A stretch of DNA of 64,000 bases from a virus: the IMG/VR virus record IMGVR_UViG_3300017917_000332, positions 10,453-74,452 of that record; one strand, given 5' to 3'. Numbering within the stretch: position 1 is the first letter of the stretch; the number at the start of each line of letters is the position of its first letter. Positions 36,411 through 57,397 of this stretch are shown one piece after another. The position numbers and the translations under genes were made by a program. The notes beneath the pieces are model-generated. The model had not been told where the DNA came from, made no database searches, and saw only the letters and a program-made list of their open reading frames with translations.

Positions 36411-37427
36411 ATGACTAAACGTATTGGTTTTGCCTGCAAATGGATTGACCGCCCAGACCAAGTAGATGGTATCAAAGCCAAAGACGACTGCAAACAGTAC
36501 AACACTGGTACTACTACAGTGGCTTGGCTCAAACGTCAAACTCGAGACGTTGCAGAAGAAAAACTATGGGATTTGATGAAAGGCAACATTGAGTCCATTC
36601 GTAAACTTGTAACTAAAGTGGGAGAACAAGATGTTAACCTTAGAATGGTTCGCCTTTCAAGCGATATTCTGCCTGTCTACACTGAGCCTAGTTGGCGGTA
36701 TTTTTGGCAGCTTCCTGACGTACGACAATATGCAGAGAGGCATTTTGCAGAGGTCGGTCGCATTGCCCGTGATCGGAATGTGCGCCTTAGTTTCCATCCT
36801 GGGCAGTTTACCGTTCTGGCTAGCGACAATCCTGATATTGTAAATAGAAGTACTGAGGAGTTTGAATATCATGTGGATATGGCCCGCTGGATGGGATACG
36901 GCAAATCATTTCAAGACTTTAAAATCAACGTCCACATTGCGGGTCGAGCCGGTCCAGCCGGTATCATCAGTGTGCTTTCACGACTCACTCCAGAAGCAAG
37001 AAACTGTATTACTATCGAGAACGAAGAAAATGCGTGGGGGCTCAACTCAACACTCGAACTCGCAAAACATTGCGCCCTTGTACTCGATATACACCATCAC
37101 TGGTGCCGTGAAGGAGAGTACATTCAACCCACCGACGATAGAGTTCTACGTGTAATCGATTCATGGCGTGGTGTTCGTCCAGTTATTCACTACAGCATTA
37201 GTCGCGAAGATGTTCTTGTAGACCACTGTAATAAAACACTACCAGACTACAAAACACTACTAGGATTTGGATACAAAAAAGCTAAACTTCGAGCACACAG
37301 CAACTTCTACTGGAACAACGCTGTCAACGATTGGGCCGCTAGTTTCTGGGAACACTGCGATATTATGTGCGAGAGCAAAGCTAAGAATCTAGCCAGCTTT
37401 GAGTTTCACCAACATGCCATTAGATAA
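36411..37427 (+). CDS. uvsE: UV DNA damage endonuclease
   Basis: RIGFAC, RLSSDILP, RLSFHPGQF, INVH, IENEE, LDIHHH, HYS, RAHS, MCESKAK. Confidence 0.93.
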   Translation: MTKRIGFACKWIDRPDQVDGIKAKDDCKQYNTGTTTVAWLKRQTRDVAEEKLWDLMKGNIESIRKLVTKVGEQDVNLRMVRLSSDILPVYTEPSWRYFWQLPDVRQYAERHFAEVGRIARDRNVRLSFHPGQFTVLASDNPDIVNRSTEEFEYHVDMARWMGYGKSFQDFKINVHIAGRAGPAGIISVLSRLTPEARNCITIENEENAWGLNSTLELAKHCALVLDIHHHWCREGEYIQPTDDRVLRVIDSWRGVRPVIHYSISREDVLVDHCNKTLPDYKTLLGFGYKKAKLRAHSNFYWNNAVNDWAASFWEHCDIMCESKAKNLASFEFHQHAIR

Positions 37428-37656
37428 GACAGTGTGGTCTTACGACAGTAATCAAGCATGGAAAGATCACTGTATTGGCTGGAAAAAACAGCTATCAATC
37501 ATTCCGAGATATTGTTTTTACAGTAACAAACTTATCTGGTTACAAATGGCATATAAGGGAACAGCGATGTGGACAGGTCCCGGTGAACCTGTCTTTGAAC
37601 ATCGCTGGGTTAATAAAAACCAATACCTTTTAGAAAAAGTAAAAGGTACTATTTAG
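37414..37656 (+). CDS. hypothetical protein
   Basis: Start ATG 37414 overlapping the uvsE end. Confidence 0.65.
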   Translation: MPLDKTVWSYDSNQAWKDHCIGWKKQLSIIPRYCFYSNKLIWLQMAYKGTAMWTGPGEPVFEHRWVNKNQYLLEKVKGTI

Positions 37657-37889
37657 GCCTTAGGTGCTTTTGGTGCCTTTGGCTTTCTTGGTGCTTTTGG
37701 TTTTGCACCGCCCTGCTTCTTAGGCTTTTGACCGCCTTGTTTTTTAGCAGGTGCTGGCTTTGCTTGAGGTTCTGGTGCTTTTTCTACAACAGGTGCAGGT
37801 TCTTGTACAACAGGTGCCTCAACCTTATAAGGTGCTTCTGGTGCTGGTTGGCTACCAATACCAAAAAGCTTCTTAAAAAAGTTAATCAT
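37653..37889 (-). CDS. small Pro/Lys/Ala-rich protein
   Basis: MINFFKKLFG amphipathic start; PKAP repeats; AGGAG Shine-Dalgarno; TAAATA upstream. Confidence 0.75.
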   Translation of the reverse strand: MINFFKKLFGIGSQPAPEAPYKVEAPVVQEPAPVVEKAPEPQAKPAPAKKQGGQKPKKQGGAKPKAPRKPKAPKAPKA

Positions 37890-37940
37890 AGTTAATCTCC
37901 TTGTTGATTATTTATGATTAAATATGCTACTATATTAAAA

Positions 37941-38867
37941 ATGATGGAAAATACTCCTGTTATTACTGTTACCTGTGCTAGAGATTTGCCAATGCTAGAA
38001 TTGCAGGCTCAAAGCATACACAATTTTTTATCTAAAGATTGTCCAGTATTCATTATAGTAAACGAAGATGATACAGATTTTTGGCAGTTAGAATTTGATA
38101 AAAACATAAAACATTATTATCAACATCATAAACTAACTATTATCTATAAAAGCGAATTTCAAAGCAATTGGTCACAGTGGATACCGAGTATTGCCAACCC
38201 CTGGTCTGTGGGTTGGGAAACTCAACAGATACTAAAGTTAGCAATCTCTGAGAAAATACACTCGCCTCGGTATCTTGTTTTAGACAGTCAGAACTTTTTA
38301 ATTAAACATTGGGATCCGAGTGTATATCCTCAAATGGGGTCTAAGGTTCCAGCAAGACCCGGCAATTTTGTTATGCCTGTAGAAATCTGGAACCAGTACT
38401 CAGAAAGTCTCGATATTAGTCTAGCACCTCCTACAGACAGCACAATGTCTATGTGTACTCCAATATTTTTTAAAACTAAGCTAGTTAAAACATTAATTGA
38501 ACACGCAGGTGGCATTGTTAAGTTTACAAACTGGTTTAAAAATGCCAGCAAAATTAAAAGCGAATTTATACTTTACTTAATTTGGGCTGAAAAACAAAAC
38601 GGGTTTGAAAGACACCATTATATGATTGATATATCTAAAGACTGGGCTAATCCGTACCTACGAGACTGTAGAACAGAAGAAGAATTTAACAACTTCGTAT
38701 CGTTTGTTGGAGTACACGATTCACACGCATGGATCAGCATAAATCACAGAGCGTGGGGTAACATGACCCAAGAACAATACAAAAACCTCAGCACGGTTCT
38801 TTCTCACTACAATCTAACTCCAAAGTTTGAGCAATACCGTAGCGAATACGTAGACATTAAAATTTAA
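37941..38867 (+). CDS. GT-A glycosyltransferase-like protein (DUF6492-like)
   Basis: ITVTC.RD...QA.S; GWETQQILKL; YLVLDS; TP; SEF..Y; start uncertain (37914-37944). Confidence 0.6.
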   Translation: MMENTPVITVTCARDLPMLELQAQSIHNFLSKDCPVFIIVNEDDTDFWQLEFDKNIKHYYQHHKLTIIYKSEFQSNWSQWIPSIANPWSVGWETQQILKLAISEKIHSPRYLVLDSQNFLIKHWDPSVYPQMGSKVPARPGNFVMPVEIWNQYSESLDISLAPPTDSTMSMCTPIFFKTKLVKTLIEHAGGIVKFTNWFKNASKIKSEFILYLIWAEKQNGFERHHYMIDISKDWANPYLRDCRTEEEFNNFVSFVGVHDSHAWISINHRAWGNMTQEQYKNLSTVLSHYNLTPKFEQYRSEYVDIKI

Positions 38868-38878
38868 ATAAATATAGG

Positions 38879-39436
38879 ATGTACAATTTTATCAAGTGGA
38901 CTTTAAACGAAGGCAAAACTCCAAAAACCTTAGAATTACTGCCTTTGCCATATAAAAAAGACGAATTAGATCCTGCTATCAGCGAGGACACAATCAACTA
39001 CCACTATGGTAAATTAGCCAAAGCATACGTTACACGTTTTAATGACGGCGAGGGCGATGCTGAATTTAACGAAGCTGGTGCATTTTTACACAACATACTA
39101 TTTCAACAATATCAAGCACCTAGTAGAAATAATATTCCAGACGGAACTGCGGCTGAATTTATAGAAAAACACTGGAAAACATTTGATCGTTTTCAACAGG
39201 AATTTAACAAAGTTGCAATGTCTATACAGGGTAGCGGGTGGGTTTATTTGGCTAGAGATGGCGAAATAAAGACCGTTACAAACCATCAAATCAAGCAAGA
39301 TATCGTATTGTTAATTGATTGGTGGGAACATGCTTGGGCATTAGATTATCAACACGATAAGAAAAAATACTTAGAAAACCAGTGGAAGATTATTAACTGG
39401 AATGTAATTAGTGCTAGAGTTGGCCTAGTTGTTTAA
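38879..39436 (+). CDS. sod: Fe/Mn superoxide dismutase
   Basis: LPY..DELDP.IS..T..YHYGK; LHN; QGSGWV; DWWEHAW.LDY metal ligands. Confidence 0.88.
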   Translation: MYNFIKWTLNEGKTPKTLELLPLPYKKDELDPAISEDTINYHYGKLAKAYVTRFNDGEGDAEFNEAGAFLHNILFQQYQAPSRNNIPDGTAAEFIEKHWKTFDRFQQEFNKVAMSIQGSGWVYLARDGEIKTVTNHQIKQDIVLLIDWWEHAWALDYQHDKKKYLENQWKIINWNVISARVGLVV

Positions 39437-39701
39437 GACTGCTAACTGGCATATCCCATATCTTACGAGCTTCAACACCCTTTTCCTGTGCAAACTTTTT
39501 AACATCACAGTCACCACAAACGTGGTAGTAATTATTGTTTAAACGCTTAGGATCCATGTTTCCCTTGTCTCGTTTAAATATTCCTTGGCAACAATCACAA
39601 CGAAAGATCAACACAGTTTTCTTTCGTGTATAGGCATGCATAGTACCGTACTTACTCTTACGGTAGTGCGCTTGTTGTGCGTATTCTTGTCCCAAGTACA
39701 T
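39414..39701 (-). CDS. hypothetical zinc-ribbon protein
   Basis: CDCC...HVCGDC; TAAATA upstream. Confidence 0.65.
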   Translation of the reverse strand: MYLGQEYAQQAHYRKSKYGTMHAYTRKKTVLIFRCDCCQGIFKRDKGNMDPKRLNNNYYHVCGDCDVKKFAQEKGVEARKIWDMPVSSLKQLGQL

Positions 39702-39761
39702 ATTACTATTTACATTAAGGTTATAAAATCCTTTTGCTAAATATGATATCGAGGGGCTATT

Positions 39762-40085
39762 GTGATCACAATTACTGATTCAGCAAAACAAAAAATCAAA
39801 GACCTTCTTTACGAAGAGGGCAATCCTAAACTATCGCTAAGAACTTTTATACAAGGCGGTGGCTGTAGCGGCTTTAGCTACGGCTTTACGTTTGATGAAG
39901 AAATTAACGAGGACGATTTTGAGATTCCTCTAGACGAGTTTAAAGTACTTGTAGACAGCATGAGCATGACTTATCTACAAGGTGCAGAGATTGACTTTGT
40001 AGAAGATCTACATGGCAGTCAGTTTTCAATTAAGAATCCAAACGCAACTACTACCTGCGGTTGCGGATCAAGTTTCGGAGTATAA
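39762..40085 (+). CDS. erpA: A-type Fe-S carrier ErpA/IscA (HesB family)
   Basis: [10 protein letters not shown]; [14 protein letters not shown]; GTG start. Confidence 0.92.
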   Translation: MITITDSAKQKIKDLLYEEGNPKLSLRTFIQGGGCSGFSYGFTFDEEINEDDFEIPLDEFKVLVDSMSMTYLQGAEIDFVEDLHGSQFSIKNPNATTTCGCGSSFGV

Positions 40086-40090
40086 TATAA

Positions 40091-51819
<11,729 letters not shown>

Positions 51820-51820
<1 letters not shown>

Positions 51821-54765
51821 TGGCTAAGCAAGTAATCAACATTGGAACAGTAGCTAATGATAAAAGCGGTGATCCGTTACGCACCGCTTTTGCCAAAGTA
51901 AACAATAACTTTACAGAACTTTATAACATAATCGAAACTGCAAGTTTAACGGAATTAGCTCAAGACTATGCAGCCGCAATGTTTACTGGTGGTACACATA
52001 GCGGTATTGCTGTAACATATGACGACGCTAACAATAAACTAAACTTAGCAGTTGATGCGTTAGATTTATCAGCAGTATCTCAAGACATTGTTCCAGACTC
52101 AGACAATACCCACGATTTAGGATCCCCAACTAAACAATGGCGACACGTATATACTTCGGGCGGCAGTATTTACTTAGATAATATTAAACTTACAAACGTA
52201 AACGGCAAATTTACTGCTACTAAAGTTATTAATCCAGGTGAAGAAAACGAAGCAGAGGATCCGGAAGATTCAGATGCTACCAGCGAAATAGGTGGGGGTG
52301 GAGGACAGGGGTTACCATCTATCACTATACCAGCGACTCCCGTAGTACTCTACAAAGGCCTACAGGCCAGTTATGGTGTTGTACATTCTAACAATAATAG
52401 TAATGAACTAAATGTCAACAAGATAGTTATACATAAGCCAGCAACTACTACATTAACTATAGATCCAACAGGCAATCAAGACGATTTCCAAGTCAGCGGA
52501 TTAGGCAGTAGTGATGTCCTAGCTATGTTTGTAGTCTACGGTGATACCAACGGGGCTAAGCCGTTAAGCGCACTACAAAACTTTACCCGAGCAGTTATTG
52601 ACAATGTTATTTTAGTTGACGGTGTAACAGGAGACTTTCGCACAGTTGACCAAATGAAGACTGCGTTCTATGGCAACTATCAGATTTTAGCCAGTGCCGC
52701 AGGTGGATTATACACTAACTTCCAATTCTTGGCAAACAATGTCAACACCCTAACAGGAGGAGCAACTACTACTCGTGAAGGCAGTGGAGCGGTGTTTGAA
52801 ATTACAGATGTTGGCAATGGTACTTACCAAACGCAGGGTACACTGAACCCTGGCACTAACTATCGTGAAGGACACAAGATCAAAATTTTAGGCACTGACT
52901 TGGGCGGTGTGACTCCAGACAATGACTGTATCATAACTTTAGGTGCTACTGGCGAAAATGGATCTGTGTTTTTATGGAGTGTAGAAGGCACGGCAGCAGG
53001 CGCTGGCCCTGACCCAATAATATATTCTCCAGTAAGTGGCACTAACATCGATGTAGGCAGCGGATTAGCCATTGCCAGTGTTAATAACAATAACGGAACA
53101 TTAGAAATCAGCGCATTCGGATTAGGTAACAACTATGTGGTAGGTGATGTGATTACCCTAGCTGGCGACGAACTCGAAGGTGGTGTAACACCAGATAACG
53201 ATATGACTCTTACAGTTACTAATGTAGGTAATATTCGTGGTCCAGCATTTGGAGTCACAGTCTCTGGAACATTACCAAGGTTATGGCCCTTGAACAATGT
53301 CTCCGATGGTGGAGTGGACCAATACGACACAGCCAACTACATCAATACCAATCTTGCTAACCAAATCAACTACAACGGTGGCAACACAGTTGTAGACGGT
53401 ACACTGGCGTTTGGCGCGGGCAGTACCTACAGTTTCGTCTATGACACAGCGATATTTGGTTTATTCGTCACAGGCAACGGCGCTACATCAATCAGCACCA
53501 GCGGTAACAGCGGAGCAGACGGTGGCAGTACCACTGAAACAGGTTATGTGTTTGGTGGTGGCGTAGCCGCAGAGACTTTTGACAATGCTGTCACACACAT
53601 CAATCTTGTTGGCGATCCTTACGATGGCGAAGCAGTATCATTTACAAAAACTGACAACGGCAGCGAAGTTGACATCTTAATCGCAGACGACGGTGCGGGT
53701 GCTGGTGTAGGTATTACCAGAGACGGCAACAACGGTATATACAACCCTTATAGAGAAGGTTCCTGGGACAGCGATGTCAGTCCAGGCGGTACACTATGGA
53801 ACATAGACGGCTGGACAGATTTAACTGATGTTGAGTCTAGAGATTATGTTCCGTTGTATGAAGCATTTGGTTTTGGTGGACTAGGAAACAAGATTGTTGG
53901 CACGGAGTGCGTGATGTACTTGCCAGACAACGGCAAATATTATGCTGTTAAGTTTACACAATGGACACAGGGCAATGCGGGGGGCGGTTTTGCCTATACC
54001 CGTAGAGAATTAGATCTTACAAGCCTAGCAGAAGGTATTCGTTTTGCTGACGGTACAGTATTGAAATCTGCGGCGGGAATAGGTCCTGTCAAACTTGAAT
54101 CGCCCGGTAATCGCAGAATCGAAGAAGTATATGGCTATAAATCTGTTTCTGTAACACAAAGACAAACCACTAACCTAACTACCACCGCATCACGAAATGC
54201 CACAGGCGAGTTTAGATTCTGGATTGACACTACTACAACGACTATAGATGACATACTGAACAATACCACTGCCGCAGGCATCTGGGACACTACAACTATA
54301 GAGTTTAGTTTAGACAATGTTACTTGGTACAGATACGATTTTAACTCTACTGGTGCTGGCAATGAAATAGGCTATGGGGTTGCGCTTTCACAAAATAACT
54401 TAAACTACAACCAAGGTGACACTATCTACTTTAGATATCAAACTGGTGGTGCGCCTGTAGTATGGTGGGATAGAAATGAACTACCAGGCGGCGCCACAAA
54501 CTTCCGCGGTGCTATCATAGACTATCACGCCTATGATACTGATTCCGGAACAATGATAGGAACTATACATATCGCCAGAGACAGTGGAGATGAATTTATC
54601 ACTCATACTGAAGTATTCAGTGGAGGCACTGATGGCGAAAATATAGATCTGTGGTTACAGACTACCGAAGGACAACTGAAATATCGTCGCTTAGACGGCG
54701 AAAGTTCTACATTAAAAGTACAGTGGAGTGCTAAGGTATTCTACGGTTCAGAGTATTGGGATTAA
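51820..54765 (+). CDS. tail fibre/receptor-binding-like protein
   Basis: Same gp9/gp10-like N-terminal motif; Gly/Thr-rich; internal GGVTPDND duplication. Confidence 0.7.
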
Positions 54766-54781
54766 TTAGGGGCAAACAAAA

Positions 54782-56320
54782 ATGACAAGAATAAGACGAA
54801 TAAATGTAAGTCAAGTTGAAGGCAACGGCTCTAACGATAATAACACAGATGAAATACGCCCCTATGGTGAAATAGCAGTTTATGTTGGAGATAACAACAA
54901 GTTAGAACTGCTGATGTTTGACGGTGTTCGCACACACCAACGAAGCAAAGTCCTAAACAAAGGCACATTCTACGGTGGAGATGCTGACAGTGCTGATGGA
55001 GCAGGTTACGATACTATTAAGTTAGTGCCCGACGAAACTCTTAGACAAGGTGGAAGTCAGCAATACATTATCGTTGAACCCACAGGCGGCGAGCCAGGAC
55101 ATGTACACATCAGAGCAGGCGGTACAATAGATAACAGCAGTGCTGATTTGTTCTTAGGTGGCGAATTAAATCATGTCCGAGTAAGCGACACCAGTAATAT
55201 CGTAACAATATCCGCGGATGCTGGCGGTGGTGCTACTCGCAATTGGTTATTTGATGCTAATGGCCTTTTATCAGTTCCAGCAATTAACAACGAAAGTTTG
55301 TTTATCCAAGGTGCTGAAATAGGTTCAACAACTTCAGGTATTGGTATAACAGCGACTAACGGCATTACATTAACTACAGACGCACTAGGAGCACCAAAGT
55401 TTTGGCAGTTTGGCGCTGATGGTAATCTAACTCTTCCAGCAGGATTTGTTAGATCAACACAGATTACAGGATTAAATTTAGCATCCAACTACGATGTACA
55501 TATCTTAGCAGACTATACAGATAATAATCACGAATGGATATTCGAAGCCAGTACAGCAGAACTCACTGTACCAGGTGCTATCAAGAGTAAAACTAATACC
55601 CCCACAGGTACACAGATTGCTAACCTTCCTTACACATTAGGAGCAGGTGCTGCCAACGGATATGTAGGCATTGGTGTAGAGTGGAACGCGGTAATAGCAC
55701 TGGGCAATTTAACTGGCTACACCTTAACCGCACAGCAAACTGGCAGCACCATTTTCACAACTATCATTACCCAGATGCGTGATGATTTAGGTGGAGCACC
55801 TGCTTTCCAGACTGCGGATGGTCTCCCTGGTTATGCTGCCGATATAACATTTACACTTACCAGCCCAGATTATGCGCCACAGACTATTAATGATTTAGAA
55901 CTTGCCGCCGGTACCAACACTTGGACATTTAGTAGCACAACTGGCGGATTGACATTCCCAGATTCTACAGTACAGACCACAGCATGGACCGGAACAACCG
56001 CTGTAACCACTGTCAGTACCGGTGGCGTTGTAAATGCTACATTATCTCAAGAAATATTGTTATGCGATCCTAACGCTGCCGGCGCTAACGTTAATATTCT
56101 TTTACCAACAAGTCCTTACGAAGGTAAAATATATACTGTAAAAAATATCAATGCTGGAAGCTACGTTGTTTATGTTCAACCAGATATTGCTCATGCTATA
56201 GAAACTGAAACAGGAACAGTTGCCACTGAAACATTTGCTACTTTGACTAATACTGGTGCGACAATGACTTGGGTTTATTCAAATGGCACCTGGAGAGCTA
56301 TTAACAAGTTTGGCATATAA
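54782..56320 (+). CDS. tail fibre-like protein
   Basis: Repeated W.F...G.L..P motifs; FPDSTVQTTAW; C-terminal LP...G..Y.VK domain. Confidence 0.7.
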   Translation: MTRIRRINVSQVEGNGSNDNNTDEIRPYGEIAVYVGDNNKLELLMFDGVRTHQRSKVLNKGTFYGGDADSADGAGYDTIKLVPDETLRQGGSQQYIIVEPTGGEPGHVHIRAGGTIDNSSADLFLGGELNHVRVSDTSNIVTISADAGGGATRNWLFDANGLLSVPAINNESLFIQGAEIGSTTSGIGITATNGITLTTDALGAPKFWQFGADGNLTLPAGFVRSTQITGLNLASNYDVHILADYTDNNHEWIFEASTAELTVPGAIKSKTNTPTGTQIANLPYTLGAGAANGYVGIGVEWNAVIALGNLTGYTLTAQQTGSTIFTTIITQMRDDLGGAPAFQTADGLPGYAADITFTLTSPDYAPQTINDLELAAGTNTWTFSSTTGGLTFPDSTVQTTAWTGTTAVTTVSTGGVVNATLSQEILLCDPNAAGANVNILLPTSPYEGKIYTVKNINAGSYVVYVQPDIAHAIETETGTVATETFATLTNTGATMTWVYSNGTWRAINKFGI

Positions 56321-56344
56321 TAAATATACTAAAGAGAGTAAACT

Positions 56345-56764
56345 ATGAGATTTCGTGAATTTATTATTAAACCTGAAGAACTAGACCTACAAGAGGGTGA
56401 TAGCTTTGATATCGAATTAGATAACATGGTACTAGAAACTGGTATTTTAGAAGTACTAGAAGACGGTGTTCTAGTAGAAATGGATGCTGTGGGAATGAGC
56501 TATTTGTCTAGCTTTCAGCTAGATGAAGCTGAATATCAAGGTCGAAACGTTCCTCTTGGTAAGCCTATGAAAGGCGATGTTAAAAAATCTAAAGTTTACG
56601 TAAAAGGTCCTAGCGGACGTGTAGTTAAAGTAAACTTTGGCGATAAAAAAATGAAAATTAAAAAGTCTAACCCTAAACGCCGTAAGAGTTTTAGAGCTAG
56701 ACATAATTGTGCAAATCCAGGGCCTCGTTGGAAGGCACGTTACTGGTCATGCCGTGCATGGTAA
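56345..56764 (+). CDS. putative head-associated protein (acidic N-terminus, basic Cys/Trp C-terminus)
   Basis: LDEAEYQGR...RKSFRARHNC...ARYWSCRAW; TAAATA upstream. Confidence 0.65.
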   Translation: MRFREFIIKPEELDLQEGDSFDIELDNMVLETGILEVLEDGVLVEMDAVGMSYLSSFQLDEAEYQGRNVPLGKPMKGDVKKSKVYVKGPSGRVVKVNFGDKKMKIKKSNPKRRKSFRARHNCANPGPRWKARYWSCRAW

Positions 56765-56776
56765 TAGGAAAATAAA

Positions 56777-57367
56777 ATGCCAATACAAACAATTAACGTA
56801 GGTGGTTATGCAAACGATGGCACGGGTGACGATTTGCGCACAGCATTTGAAAAAGTAAATGCTAACTTTACATTATTAGGTGCAACTTCTGGAGCACAAA
56901 ATGGTGCTAACCTTGGAGCAGGTGTTGGCGTTTTTGCGCAAAGAAACAATACTACAACTAACTTAGAATTTAAGAGTTTAACAAGTATTGACAGTTCTGT
57001 AGAAATTACAGCAACTACAACTACCGTTAACTTAAAAAATAAATCAAAATTAATTAATGACACCACCCCACAATTAGGAGCAAACTTAGATCTTAATGGA
57101 CGTAACATCATTGACGTTGCGGGAGGCGGAAGTGTTAATACTAGCATATTTGGTCTCGATGTTAGACTAATAAACGGTTTAGTCGAACTGATGATTGCGT
57201 CAAATTCAGTTAATATTGATTTTGGAACTATTCTAAGCCCTACTGGATTTACAGGCGTAACCGGAAATGACGGTTTTGACGTTGATATGAACGGATTGTT
57301 GCTTAACGGATTTGTTGGAATTCCCAACGTTAGTAACCTAGACTTCGGACAAATTGCCCAAATTTAA
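56777..57367 (+). CDS. baseplate/tail protein with gp9/gp10-like N-terminus
   Basis: INVG..ANDGTGDDLRTAFEKVNANF; DTTPQLGANLDLNG. Confidence 0.72.
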   Translation: MPIQTINVGGYANDGTGDDLRTAFEKVNANFTLLGATSGAQNGANLGAGVGVFAQRNNTTTNLEFKSLTSIDSSVEITATTTTVNLKNKSKLINDTTPQLGANLDLNGRNIIDVAGGGSVNTSIFGLDVRLINGLVELMIASNSVNIDFGTILSPTGFTGVTGNDGFDVDMNGLLLNGFVGIPNVSNLDFGQIAQI

Positions 57368-57397
57368 CGATAAATATTGCTACAACCGAGAGCAATT

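Noticed and set aside
37655-37850. GGTGC(T/C)TT short tandem repeats
   Set aside because: Explained by the PKAP/PAP coding repeats of the minus-strand protein.
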